Assembly (NCBI GenBank): GCA_963758915.1
Contig: CAVWXH010000007.1
Coordinates: forward strand, 49,813 to 113,812
Length of the DNA stretch: 64,000 nucleotides
Source: an uncultured Methanomicrobiales archaeon
GTDB lineage: Archaea; Halobacteriota; Methanomicrobia; Methanomicrobiales; Methanospirillaceae
Direction: 5' to 3'
In this document: piece after piece, positions 10,708 through 20,326 of the stretch
Numbering within the stretch: the stretch's first letter is position 1
Layout: each line of letters starts with the position of its first letter
Notes under the pieces: model-generated
Told to the model about the DNA's origin: nothing
The model's database searches: none
Seen by the model: the letters and a program-made list of their open reading frames with translations, nothing else
Translations under genes and position numbers: made by a program

Positions 10708-10896
10708 TTAATACTCCCGGAGCGGGTACCCCGCGGTCCGGGCAAGCCATTTCACACCGTAATACAGGACCGGGGTCAGAATAAGAATCGTGACGACATT
10801 GGCCAGAACATTATGCGTGACGGAGTAGAGGTAATCACCCACAATGACCGAGATAACAACCGATATCAGCAGTACAATCAGTTCCAGCCGTTCCAT
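10708..10896 (-). CDS. Small two-TM membrane protein
   Basis: 62 aa with two hydrophobic segments; GGAGGG RBS. Confidence 0.6.
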   Translation of the reverse strand: MERLELIVLLISVVISVIVGDYLYSVTHNVLANVVTILILTPVLYYGVKWLARTAGYPLREY

Positions 10897-11145
10897 TCTA
10901 CCCTCCGGGTATCAGTTTCCATTTTCATTTCATCCATATATTCGCGTATTACACGTAATGATTGCTGGTACGGTCAGGACACCGCACCTCAAATCACGGG
11001 GATAACATTCCACGAGAATGATTACTGATATCGCGTCTCCCTGCTGCCGGTATTGTTGATTCATAACCTACGGGATAGGATCTCAAGAGCATGGAGGATT
11101 GTAGAAAACTAATACTTAAGCGTCCGGAACTCCCGATGTACATGA

Positions 11146-11286
11146 ATGGACAAGGATAGTGACTGGAAACAAAAGACTGGTGACACGCGGCCTGTCGATG
11201 AAACCAACCCGGAGGAAACAGCCGAATCCCACTCAGAACGATACCGGAAACGGGTAGAGGCCATCCGGGACTATTTGTCTGAATGA
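11146..11286 (+). CDS. Putative 46-aa small protein (below ORF-track cutoff)
   Basis: MDKDSDWKQKTGDTRPVDETNPEETAESHSERYRKRVEAIRDYLSE*; BRE/TATA-like GAAAACTAATACTTAAG at ~11104-11120. Confidence 0.4.
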   Translation: MDKDSDWKQKTGDTRPVDETNPEETAESHSERYRKRVEAIRDYLSE

Positions 11287-11574
11287 CCATTGTGGGCTCA
11301 CGTCCCATCCGTGATTACCGGTTATAGCAGGGGAGTGCCCGGTTTAAAGAAAACCCATTTTGATCCATACATGAAAATGTCATGGAAGGAACGTTTGCAG
11401 AACATTTCCTGTCTTAAAATTTTTGCTGACTGGCTGGAACGTGGGTCATCAGTGAGAAACACAAGGGGATTGGCAAAAGTTCCGGGGCCCTGAACAGGAG
11501 ACCTCCCCGGAAATCTCTGGTCGGGTGGAGGGAGCTGGCAAACCAGTTAACCCGGCAGCACCAATGGATTTGTA

Positions 11575-12102
11575 ATGGATAGTATTACCTCTGTTCTCCT
11601 AATTATGACCCTGGTCCTTGGGGCCGGTCTCGTCGTCCTCGCCTTTCGGTACGTATCACTTGCAGGAGGGACAGAGACCCGGGCAAGGCAGATGTTCGAA
11701 GAATGGAAGGGCTGTACTCTGGAACATGAGGCCACCAGCCGTGCTGATGTACTTAACCGGGAATGGGTTCTCGACAGGGAGAAGGTATCGCGAGCGGAGG
11801 CGGTGAAGCAGAGCGGTGCTACCATCCGGGGCAATGTAACACAGCACCTGGCCCCTTATTTCCCTGATTTCCCATGGAACCCGAGAGATACACGTTTTAT
11901 TGGTACCCCGATCGACCTGGTTGTCTTTTCAGGCTTATCGGATGAGAAAGACCTCGGGGATATTATCTTTGTCGAGATAAAGAGCGGGAAAACTGGTGCC
12001 TTGTCAGAGAGCCAGAAAAAAGTAAAGCGCTATCTTGAGAACGGGGGCCGTATCACCTTTTCACAAATCCACACCGGTACCCGGACAGATACACCCATTT
12101 AA
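11575..12102 (+). CDS. Holliday junction resolvase-like PD-(D/E)XK endonuclease with N-terminal TM
   Basis: G.V.QHLAPYFP.F..NP.D.RFIGTPIDLVVF.G, FVEIKSGK..LS..Q. Confidence 0.8.
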   Translation: MDSITSVLLIMTLVLGAGLVVLAFRYVSLAGGTETRARQMFEEWKGCTLEHEATSRADVLNREWVLDREKVSRAEAVKQSGATIRGNVTQHLAPYFPDFPWNPRDTRFIGTPIDLVVFSGLSDEKDLGDIIFVEIKSGKTGALSESQKKVKRYLENGGRITFSQIHTGTRTDTPI

Positions 12103-12142
12103 TGAGGCAGGGGGACTATACACCTTTTCAGGAACGATTTCT

Positions 12143-13450
12143 ATGAGTATTGAAATCCGGCTGGCTAACGAGGACGAGGTGCCGATAGTAACCCTTACAG
12201 GAAGACTCGACGGGTTCGGAGCACAGCAACTGGAGACTGGACTGAAGGAAATTGTGAGGGATGACACAAGATCCGTGATCTTCAACCTTGCAGGGGTGGA
12301 CTACCTTTCAAGTGCCGGGATCCGCGTCCTCCTCGGGCTGAAGAAGAGGCTGAAGCTGAGAGACGGGACACTCGCCCTTATCAATGTCCGGGAGTTTCCA
12401 AAAAGTGTGCTGGAAATGGCCGGGTTCCTTACAGTACTTGATATCTATCCCACGCTCCAGGAGGCCCAGGTTGCATGCCGGGTGAAACCCAGCGAGGAGG
12501 GAGTCCTGTTCGGGGTAAGACACCCGTCTTTTATGGTTGACGGGGTCACCTATGCAATCGAACCCGGGTCACCGAAGGAAGCCTCGCTTATCGTCACCGG
12601 GAGCCTTGTAAAGGTCCTGTATTCTGCGATCACCCTGCAGGACATCCGGACACTCGGGTTTAAGGAAGCGGATTATTCGCTCGGCCTCGGTGCGCTTGGA
12701 AAAGATGCAGCCGATGCATTGGCACTGATGGGGGAGATGATCACGCTGCATGGTTCGATGGTCTACGTCCCGACGGATGGCCATTTTACCCCGGACTTCT
12801 TCACCCCGGTAAAGGAGACAGGGGAGGTAACAATCTTCACCGGGTTCAATGTGCGGCTCTCCGGTCCTTTCCACGAGCTGTTCACCTTCGAGACCAGCCG
12901 GGAAAACGGTGTATCCCTGGCGGAGATCTATTCGGCAATAATTAACCTCGCACGGGCACGAAGGGCTGATTTCCACGGTATCCTGAGCCTCGTTATCTGG
13001 GGAGTTATAGAAGGTGTAATCAGTTCTGAGATCACCCGTTCCCCCCTGCAGGAGCGGGCCCCGGTGAACCATAAATCGATCATGGACCCGGAAAATTATG
13101 ACGAATGGAATGACACCAACCGGGAACCCCGGTACCGCGGGGATACCCTCGTGAGTTTCGGGATTGGCATCGACTTGTCCGGGGACCTCTCAGGATTCTC
13201 ATCCGAAGACCTCGAAACACTCCATTATGTCCACCCGGGGAATAAGGGAATGGCAACAATGTACCTGCACAACCACGGGGTCATCTTCCGGAACACACCC
13301 TATGACCCGAAATTCGAACTCTCGCGCCAGGTGAAGACTATCGCAGAGAATGGAGAATTCGTGGACATGCGCCACCTGATGGATGAGACAAGACTGCGCA
13401 AGGCAAAAATCGGTGTCTCCTATATTTCATCAATCAAACGGCAGGAATAA
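12143..13450 (+). CDS. STAS (anti-anti-sigma-type) domain fused to an uncharacterised, possibly ALDC-like, C-terminal domain
   Basis: LTGRLD...VDYLSSAGIRVLL with conserved phospho-acceptor Ser; C-terminal GLG..GEMI.L.G, HNH and RHLMD motifs. Confidence 0.8.
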   Translation: MSIEIRLANEDEVPIVTLTGRLDGFGAQQLETGLKEIVRDDTRSVIFNLAGVDYLSSAGIRVLLGLKKRLKLRDGTLALINVREFPKSVLEMAGFLTVLDIYPTLQEAQVACRVKPSEEGVLFGVRHPSFMVDGVTYAIEPGSPKEASLIVTGSLVKVLYSAITLQDIRTLGFKEADYSLGLGALGKDAADALALMGEMITLHGSMVYVPTDGHFTPDFFTPVKETGEVTIFTGFNVRLSGPFHELFTFETSRENGVSLAEIYSAIINLARARRADFHGILSLVIWGVIEGVISSEITRSPLQERAPVNHKSIMDPENYDEWNDTNREPRYRGDTLVSFGIGIDLSGDLSGFSSEDLETLHYVHPGNKGMATMYLHNHGVIFRNTPYDPKFELSRQVKTIAENGEFVDMRHLMDETRLRKAKIGVSYISSIKRQE

Positions 13451-13523
13451 AACCAGTAAGCGTTCCGAAAAAAGAAATTATGGCTGATATGAAAAACTCA
13501 GGTTAAACAATCCGGAAGCCACC

Positions 13524-13643
13524 TTTTTTTATGTCTATCTATGAGCCAGGGGCCCATAGCATGCTTTGTTGAAATGCTCTGAAACGATCTTACATTTTTT
13601 TTGTATTCCGAAATGTACCAACGCTCCCGGGGCTCCGCCCCGG
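13524..13643 (+). repeat. Intergenic repeat family copy (GAGCC-hairpin module plus CCGGGG/CCCCGG module)
   Basis: Colinear similarity over ~115 bp to the reverse complement of 57925-58037; between convergent genes. Confidence 0.8.
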
Positions 13644-13862
13644 AAAACGTGGGAAGATCTGGGAATACCCTGATGTCCATGATAGATTATAGAGCATATC
13701 AATAAAACAGATAGTAAGGCCATTTTTTCCTCTCCCTGCCCTTTATAGTCCTGATACGCCCTGTTTCAGATTTGGAGTTATTTCATCAGATATTCCCTCA
13801 TCCAGGGACTCCTGCCTGCGGGAATTTATTTTCAATGCACAAAACGTGACCACTACCCCGGT

Positions 13863-14681
13863 TCACGCGGGGGCAGGTATTATGCCGAGCATGTAGAGAG
13901 CGATGAGGATGAGCAGGAATGCAAATATTCCCGATAGTTTTCTGGCAGGGAGGTGGTTTGCAACATGTACCCCGATAATAGTGAACGGGATTGTCACACA
14001 AACAATAATCCCCCATAATACCAGGTTCACGTACCCGATAGAGAATGGCGGGAGGCCCGGAACACCGATCCCGTTAATAATATACGCGATCGTGCTCCCG
14101 GCAGAAGAAAACATGATACATGCTGATGATGTGGCCATTGCTTCGTGTACCGGAACCCCGAATATACAGACTAATATCGGGAGTATGATCAGCCCGCCAC
14201 CAATCCCAATAATCCCGGATACCAGACCGAATAAAAATCCTGCAATACTCCAGTAAACCCATGGTATTCTTTTCTTGCCCCAGTCCTTGGGGAGCGGTAA
14301 TACCATTCGGATGGCAGATATGATGAGGAACAGTCCGAACAGTATTTTTAATGGTCCACCAGGGACATGCGTGGCGATTGTGCCCCCGATAAGTCCGCCG
14401 ATAATGCCTGCACTCCCGATCAGTAGAACAATTTTCCAGATAATTGAACGTTCTTTTGCGTGCTCATGGGTATTGACTGCGGATATCACCAGGGCAATGG
14501 CGACACTGGTACCAAACGCGACGCGGACAGACGTGTTTGTGTCATACCCGTAATGGGTGAGCATCCAGTACATGACCGGGTTGTCAATATACGAACCGGC
14601 AAGACCAAGGAGCCCGGATGAAAAACCGGCAAGTACCCCGGTTATCACGAGTATGGTAACAGCAAGCCAGGTTTCAATCAT
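13863..14681 (-). CDS. TauE/SafE (TSUP) sulfite-exporter family permease
   Basis: AGFSSGLLGLAG, AFGTS, SGIIGIGGGLIILP, AMATS; ~8 TM; likely start MIETWL. Confidence 0.85.
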   Translation of the reverse strand: MIETWLAVTILVITGVLAGFSSGLLGLAGSYIDNPVMYWMLTHYGYDTNTSVRVAFGTSVAIALVISAVNTHEHAKERSIIWKIVLLIGSAGIIGGLIGGTIATHVPGGPLKILFGLFLIISAIRMVLPLPKDWGKKRIPWVYWSIAGFLFGLVSGIIGIGGGLIILPILVCIFGVPVHEAMATSSACIMFSSAGSTIAYIINGIGVPGLPPFSIGYVNLVLWGIIVCVTIPFTIIGVHVANHLPARKLSGIFAFLLILIALYMLGIIPAPA

Positions 14682-14997
14682 GGAATTCCTATCTGAATCA
14701 GACAGCCAGGTCATTTTCCCAGGGTTCCCCGGACTGCACGATATCCGGCCGCAAAAATCCCTGGTGGAACTTCTATTTAAATGAAAGATGAAATGCGGAT
14801 GAAGATAATGGTTACCCCTAATTCGGGGAACGCCATATAACAGACATAACAGGAGGAACAACCCTGCCATTGCAGGGATCCGGCCATGTTGTGCCGGAAC
14901 CGTTGCTTTGTTTTTTTGTGATCGGTATGGATGGCCGGTATCCGGGACTGGTCCTCAAAGATCGCTATTATGAGCGTTCCACCCCAATGCTACTCAC

Positions 14998-17943
14998 ATG
15001 AGAGAGCCCCCGGTTAAGACCACCCTCTTCTGGTGTGACCAGTGTAATATTCCGCTCATTGGAAGGTCCTGCAGTTGTGGCGTCAATGGCCGGGCGATAG
15101 AGCTCCTGCAACCATATGATGTTCGTCCTGCGCTTCGGGCTGACATGGCGATGATCAAGGCGCTTGTTTCCGGACAGTTCGGGAATATCCCTCTTCCACA
15201 CATAGTCCTCCTCAATAAAGCTGGAGGTCTCGACCGGAATGACCTGGTTATTGTCAACGGGACCCGTTTCGGCTGGCTATCCTTTGACCCGGTCTCCAGG
15301 CAGTCCAGGTTCGACATCACCCCCGAGGCCATCCCGTTTGTCCTCCCGTATGCCACGAAGGGTATTGTCGACCTCGAACAGGCAGCAGTACTTTCCGGTG
15401 ACCGTGATACCCGGGGCAGGATCGGGGGCAAGCGTTTCACGATTACAACCGGTATCCCGGATGGCACCGTAATAGTAAAGTACCGCGGACGGTTCGGAAC
15501 AGCGGTATTAAAAGACGGGTCATTACGGGTAAAAGAAGTAATGCCCGTCACCCCGGTAAGGCCTGCGGACCCTGAATGGACAGAAGCGGTCGCCAGGAAT
15601 ACCTACCACTTAAAAAACCTTGAACGAAATGCAGTCCGCTCAATAAAACAACATATGTACGACCGCCCGGTGGCAAACGTCTCATTCTCGGGCGGCAAGG
15701 ACAGTACAGCCATCCTCCTGCTTGCAAGGAAGGCCGGGGTGAATGATGCATTTTTCCTTGACACCGGCATCGAATTCCCGGAGACCATTGAGTTTGTCCG
15801 ATCACTTGGGGTAGAGGTGGTCAGCGGGGCTGGTGATTTCTGGTCGGCAGTGGAGAAGGCAGGCCCACCCGCCAAGGACAACCGCTGGTGCTGCAAGCTC
15901 CTGAAACAGAACCCGCTCCGGCTCTACCTGGAAAAAACCGGCCCCTGCGTGACCATACAGGGCAACCGGTGGTACGAGTCCTGGAACCGGGCCGATCTCG
16001 AGCTTGCAGTCCAGAACCCTTTAAACCCGCTCCAGCTGAACGTCTCCCCTGTACGGAACTGGCGGGCGCTCGAAGTATTCCTGTACCTCTGGTGGCAGGA
16101 CGCCCCGATCAATCCGCTTTATGATATGGGGCTGGAACGGATTGGCTGCTATCCGTGTCCCTCGATGCTTGAATCAGAGTTCTCGGAACTCGGGCGGATT
16201 CACCCGGATCTCATGGCAAGGTGCATGGAGTTCCTCACCCGTTGGGCCGAAAAAAAGGGCTTTCCCCCGGAATATGTCACGTTCGGGCTCTGGCGCTGGA
16301 AGGGACTCCCGAACAAGATGCAGGAACTCTGCCGGCAGCACAATATCCCACTCCGGGAAACCACGGAGGGTGTAGTGGTAGTACCGCTGTCTGCCGGTGC
16401 ACCCCAGGCATCAAGGGAAATAACACGGGGAGCCCCCGGCCCTGGTTCATCACCCGGTACCAGGCAGGGACCGAGGACCATGGGAAAGATCAGTGCTGCA
16501 CCGGGGGGAAACGTAACCGCTGGTCCCCCGAAGGGAAAAGAACACCCGCAGCGAAATCATAAGCCCTCGGTCGGGACGACGGGTCCAAAGCCGGAAGAAC
16601 CAAAGATAACTACCGGCAATGCACCGGCTGATATCCAGGCAGCCAGCCGGGCGGTCATATTAGTACCTGAACCACCACTCCAGTCAGGGAGATCCGGCAG
16701 TGAAACCGCAATTCCGCCGGGTAAGGACCTGGTCATTCCTTCACGGGAAGAGGAGGACTTTTTTGAGGGACTCCGCCCTGACTTTTCCCTCCTTACGGAT
16801 ATCATTTACCTTGACAGCGCATCGATGGGCCTCTCCCCTGAGCCTGTACTCCAGGCGATGCTGGAATATGAACGGAATTACCGTTCGAATATCGGAAAAA
16901 ATGTGCACCGTCTTTCGGGGATTGCGACCCAGCGGTACCACCATGCGCATGAAAAGGTTGCATCGTTCATAGGTGGATCTGGTGGAGAACTTGTTTTTAC
17001 AAAAAATGCCACCGAAGCGATGAACATTGTAGCCCGTGGAATTTCCTGGCAGCACGGGGACCGCATCATCACCACCGTGCTTGAGCACCACTCCAGCCTC
17101 CTGCCCTGGAAAGGGACGAATGCCCTTGGGACATCCCTTGAGGTCCTCCCGGTTGGTCCGGACTACCTGCCTGATATCTCCCTGCTCGAAGAGTTGCTGG
17201 GAAGGGGTGGCGTGAGGCTCATTGCTATTACCCATGCATCTCATGTGCTCGGGGTGATCACCCCGGTACGGGAGATAGCCCGGGTCTGCCATGAGCATGA
17301 TGCCCTTCTGCTTGTTGACGGGTCACAGTCTGTTTCGCACATCCCCGTGGACGTAACCCGGCTCGGTGCAGATTTCTTCAGCTGTTCAGGCCATGCAATG
17401 CTGGGCCCGACTGGTACCGGGGTCTTGTGGATAAAAGAGCTGGGTGCCCTTTCCCCATCCATGCCGGGCAGCGGAATGTTGGAAACCCCCACGGCGACAG
17501 GTACTACCCCGGTACAGGGGTACCAGCAGTATGAAGCAGGAACCCCCAATATTTCCGGCGGTATCGGTCTTGGTGCGGCTGTGGATTACATGAGCACTAT
17601 CGGAATGGACCGGGTCAGGCGCCACGATATTCACCTCACGTCCCGCATGGTTGACGGACTGAAAGGAATAGAGAGCGTACGCGTGTTCATTCCGGATGAT
17701 CCCCGGGAGCGGGTAGGAGTCATCTCATTCACTATCGGGACCATCGATCCGGATGACATCGCCCGCTACCTGGATGAAAATGCAGATATCATGGTACAAT
17801 CCGGTCTTCATGGTTGTGGACCGCTCATGGGGGCCCTGGGGCTTCCGAAGGGGACAGTACGTGCCAGTCTTGCCCTGTATACTAACGAGTACGACGTGGA
17901 TATGCTACTTACGGCCGTCGCAGAGATCGCCCGGGGAATGTAG
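14998..17943 (+). CDS. PAPS/APS-reductase-family protein fused via Pro-rich linker to a degenerate SufS-like (class V PLP) domain
   Basis: N-terminal WCDQC..CSCG; SFSGGKDS, RWCCKLLK, ERIGCYPCP; C-terminal IYLD, FTKNATEA, EHHS, DGSQS, SGHAM, EAGTPNI, RASL. Confidence 0.85.
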   Translation: MREPPVKTTLFWCDQCNIPLIGRSCSCGVNGRAIELLQPYDVRPALRADMAMIKALVSGQFGNIPLPHIVLLNKAGGLDRNDLVIVNGTRFGWLSFDPVSRQSRFDITPEAIPFVLPYATKGIVDLEQAAVLSGDRDTRGRIGGKRFTITTGIPDGTVIVKYRGRFGTAVLKDGSLRVKEVMPVTPVRPADPEWTEAVARNTYHLKNLERNAVRSIKQHMYDRPVANVSFSGGKDSTAILLLARKAGVNDAFFLDTGIEFPETIEFVRSLGVEVVSGAGDFWSAVEKAGPPAKDNRWCCKLLKQNPLRLYLEKTGPCVTIQGNRWYESWNRADLELAVQNPLNPLQLNVSPVRNWRALEVFLYLWWQDAPINPLYDMGLERIGCYPCPSMLESEFSELGRIHPDLMARCMEFLTRWAEKKGFPPEYVTFGLWRWKGLPNKMQELCRQHNIPLRETTEGVVVVPLSAGAPQASREITRGAPGPGSSPGTRQGPRTMGKISAAPGGNVTAGPPKGKEHPQRNHKPSVGTTGPKPEEPKITTGNAPADIQAASRAVILVPEPPLQSGRSGSETAIPPGKDLVIPSREEEDFFEGLRPDFSLLTDIIYLDSASMGLSPEPVLQAMLEYERNYRSNIGKNVHRLSGIATQRYHHAHEKVASFIGGSGGELVFTKNATEAMNIVARGISWQHGDRIITTVLEHHSSLLPWKGTNALGTSLEVLPVGPDYLPDISLLEELLGRGGVRLIAITHASHVLGVITPVREIARVCHEHDALLLVDGSQSVSHIPVDVTRLGADFFSCSGHAMLGPTGTGVLWIKELGALSPSMPGSGMLETPTATGTTPVQGYQQYEAGTPNISGGIGLGAAVDYMSTIGMDRVRRHDIHLTSRMVDGLKGIESVRVFIPDDPRERVGVISFTIGTIDPDDIARYLDENADIMVQSGLHGCGPLMGALGLPKGTVRASLALYTNEYDVDMLLTAVAEIARGM

Positions 17944-18014
17944 ATTCAGGGTTATTACAGCATATTCCTGTACTGGCTTGATTGGAGTACCTGATAACCA
18001 GTCTTAATGAATTC

Positions 18015-18054
18015 AGCGTGCTATGAGCCTTTTAGCTCAAAGATGAGCATGAAA
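18015..18054 (-). repeat. Single GAGCC-hairpin module of the repeat family
   Basis: AGCGTGCTATGAGCCTTTTAGCTCAAAGATGAGCATGAAA vs 57996-58034 AGCGTGCTATGAGCCGTTGGCTCATAGACGGACATAAAA. Confidence 0.7.
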
Positions 18055-18288
18055 GAGTTGGCCTTTCAGATTGTTTTGCCGGAGATTTTCATACCAGCCG
18101 ATTTTTCTGAATATTCCGACTCGGCCTGTTGCTATCCAGGTGATGATTCTTTCCAGCTGTTACATTTCGTCTATTACGCGAATCACCAGGGTGTAACCGG
18201 AACAACGGCGATGAAAATCTGACTGCTGTTCTTCAGATATACCAAAATCGAAAGCTATATGCCCATTCATTCAAAAATAACCCATTAT

Positions 18289-19788
18289 ATGTGTGCAAGT
18301 TTTCTCGGATCACTTTTCAGGCAAAAGCCTCACATCGTCGAGAGTCCGCCGCCTCCCGTGATCGCACACGGTGCCGGTATGCAGGTGCCGGAATTTAAGC
18401 AAAAACCCTATTTTATCGTGGCCTCGGTGGAGATGGGCAACACAACAACAAAATGCATCCTCACTGGCGTAAACCTGGATACCGGGATGTCGTATGTTAT
18501 TAATAAAACTGTTAAAATGAGCCGGGATGTTCGAAAACCTAAGCCCGGAGAAGAAATATTTGGTGAAACCCTTGACGGGACACAGCTCACCAGGGAATCT
18601 GTTACTGACCTTGTCAGGGAAACGCTCATCCAGAGTCACCGGGAGGTGCACCTTGATATTCTCCACGACCTTGATTTTGTTGTCAGGAGCACGGGTGTCG
18701 TGGCCGCGATGGACTCTCCCGACCAGGTCGGTGTATTTGTAATCGCACTTGCAAACGGTTGTCTTTCCGCCGGCGTCCCTCCCAGGAAGATGACTCCGCC
18801 CATGTCGAAGGCAAACCAGTCTGAAAAACTGCAGCCATATAGTTTTGCAGATAAAGTCGTCTTTGTCGGGGCTGTCGCAGGGGTAGTCCCACCGGTTGGC
18901 AGTACCGGTGTTGAGATGGTCGCGAACGAAATGGAAGGTGAACTTGCCATGGCCGGTATCAAAGAGGGTGCGAAATGGACCCCCGTTGATTTCAGGAACC
19001 CGTGCATCTCCATCGATTTTGGTACCACACTTGACGGCCGGATCACGAGTGACGTTACGCCAGAAGACCCGAACCCGTTTGCAAAGACAATCGGGAATTT
19101 CTGCGGCCTTGCGGGCGCCATCCCGGATGCAATCATCCGGGGGACCGGGCTCGTGGACGGGCGGACCGGCACGGCACTCGACGTGTTCGGTGACCAGAGC
19201 ATTCTTGGAGGTTTTTCACTCCGCTCAAAACGGAACGAAGTAGAGGACTTCGTGGAACGCAGCCATAAGATCATTGATATCAGGATCGTACCGCCGGAAC
19301 GAAGACGGTTCGGACGTGTGCCCGTCTATGCGGATATTGCCAAGGCGTCGGGAGTAGCCATGATTGGGTGTGACGCCGGTGAGGAAGCGAGCGGGTTAGA
19401 GGAACTGAAAAAAATCGGGGCCGAAATCCACGAGAATTATAACCTCGGGTTCCTGAACGTGGTCATCGACCAGGTATGCGCAAAGATGGCCCTCCGGCTG
19501 ATCGATGTTGCCATTGATGAGCACCTGGTCTTCCCGAACAGTTCGATCGGGTTTACCGGGAGGGCTGCGATATCAGGGAGAAAACCTGAGTATATTCTTG
19601 AAGGAATTATCGAGAGAAAGCTCTTCGATGACCCGAATGACCACCTCGTATTTGTGGATGATGGTCTCGCACGTGGTGCAGCTCTTATGGGGCGGTGCAT
19701 GAACTCCCTCGGCAAACCGAAACAGCCGATTGGTGGAGTCCGTGGTGGCCCGTGTATTATGAACAGACGTATTAAGGCAGGGAAATAA
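18289..19788 (+). CDS. Methanogenesis marker 14 protein
   Basis: YFIVASVEMGNTTTKCILT, DLDFVVRSTGV, ANEMEGEL, SIDFGTT, VDDGLARGAA.M.RCMNSLG. Confidence 0.85.
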   Translation: MCASFLGSLFRQKPHIVESPPPPVIAHGAGMQVPEFKQKPYFIVASVEMGNTTTKCILTGVNLDTGMSYVINKTVKMSRDVRKPKPGEEIFGETLDGTQLTRESVTDLVRETLIQSHREVHLDILHDLDFVVRSTGVVAAMDSPDQVGVFVIALANGCLSAGVPPRKMTPPMSKANQSEKLQPYSFADKVVFVGAVAGVVPPVGSTGVEMVANEMEGELAMAGIKEGAKWTPVDFRNPCISIDFGTTLDGRITSDVTPEDPNPFAKTIGNFCGLAGAIPDAIIRGTGLVDGRTGTALDVFGDQSILGGFSLRSKRNEVEDFVERSHKIIDIRIVPPERRRFGRVPVYADIAKASGVAMIGCDAGEEASGLEELKKIGAEIHENYNLGFLNVVIDQVCAKMALRLIDVAIDEHLVFPNSSIGFTGRAAISGRKPEYILEGIIERKLFDDPNDHLVFVDDGLARGAALMGRCMNSLGKPKQPIGGVRGGPCIMNRRIKAGK

Positions 19789-19811
19789 ACAGGATCTGGA
19801 GTTTGGGAAGA

Positions 19812-20117
19812 ATGATGCAGGAAGATCCGTCGGGTTCAGCCGGAACAGGAACGAACAGGGAGATCACCGGAGAAAAAGAACAGGAAGCTGAAGAACTTTT
19901 TGACCTCATTATACCTCCCGGTACACCACAAAGTGTAATTTCTGATGTCAACATGAAATTTGACGTCGAAATCGTTGAGAGGAAGGAAAGGCTGCATTTT
20001 GCTAATATGGATGGGGATGAACGGATACTCCTTGCATTCAGGGGTAAACTTGGGGTAATGAAGGAACTTGAACCCTATTTTTATGTAAAAGTAAAGGAAT
20101 TTATCGACAGGCCATAA
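19812..20117 (+). CDS. Conserved hypothetical protein
   Basis: Co-oriented with marker 14; DLIIPPGTP...LLAFRG motif. Confidence 0.65.
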   Translation: MMQEDPSGSAGTGTNREITGEKEQEAEELFDLIIPPGTPQSVISDVNMKFDVEIVERKERLHFANMDGDERILLAFRGKLGVMKELEPYFYVKVKEFIDRP

Positions 20118-20326
20118 TTATTTCAATTATTTTCCCGATAACGGTTACCGGGAAGTTTTTTTCTGCAGGGTTATTCCGGATATCCCCTGCGCCAGGTTTT
20201 TCAGCCCTGTTAGAAACACTACATGAACGGGCATACTTTCCTGGTCCGGCTGTAAATCCATGTTCACTGATGGTGTCAATACAATCAAAAAAAGGAATGT
20301 CCGGTATCCTAGAAGGGACCCATCTA

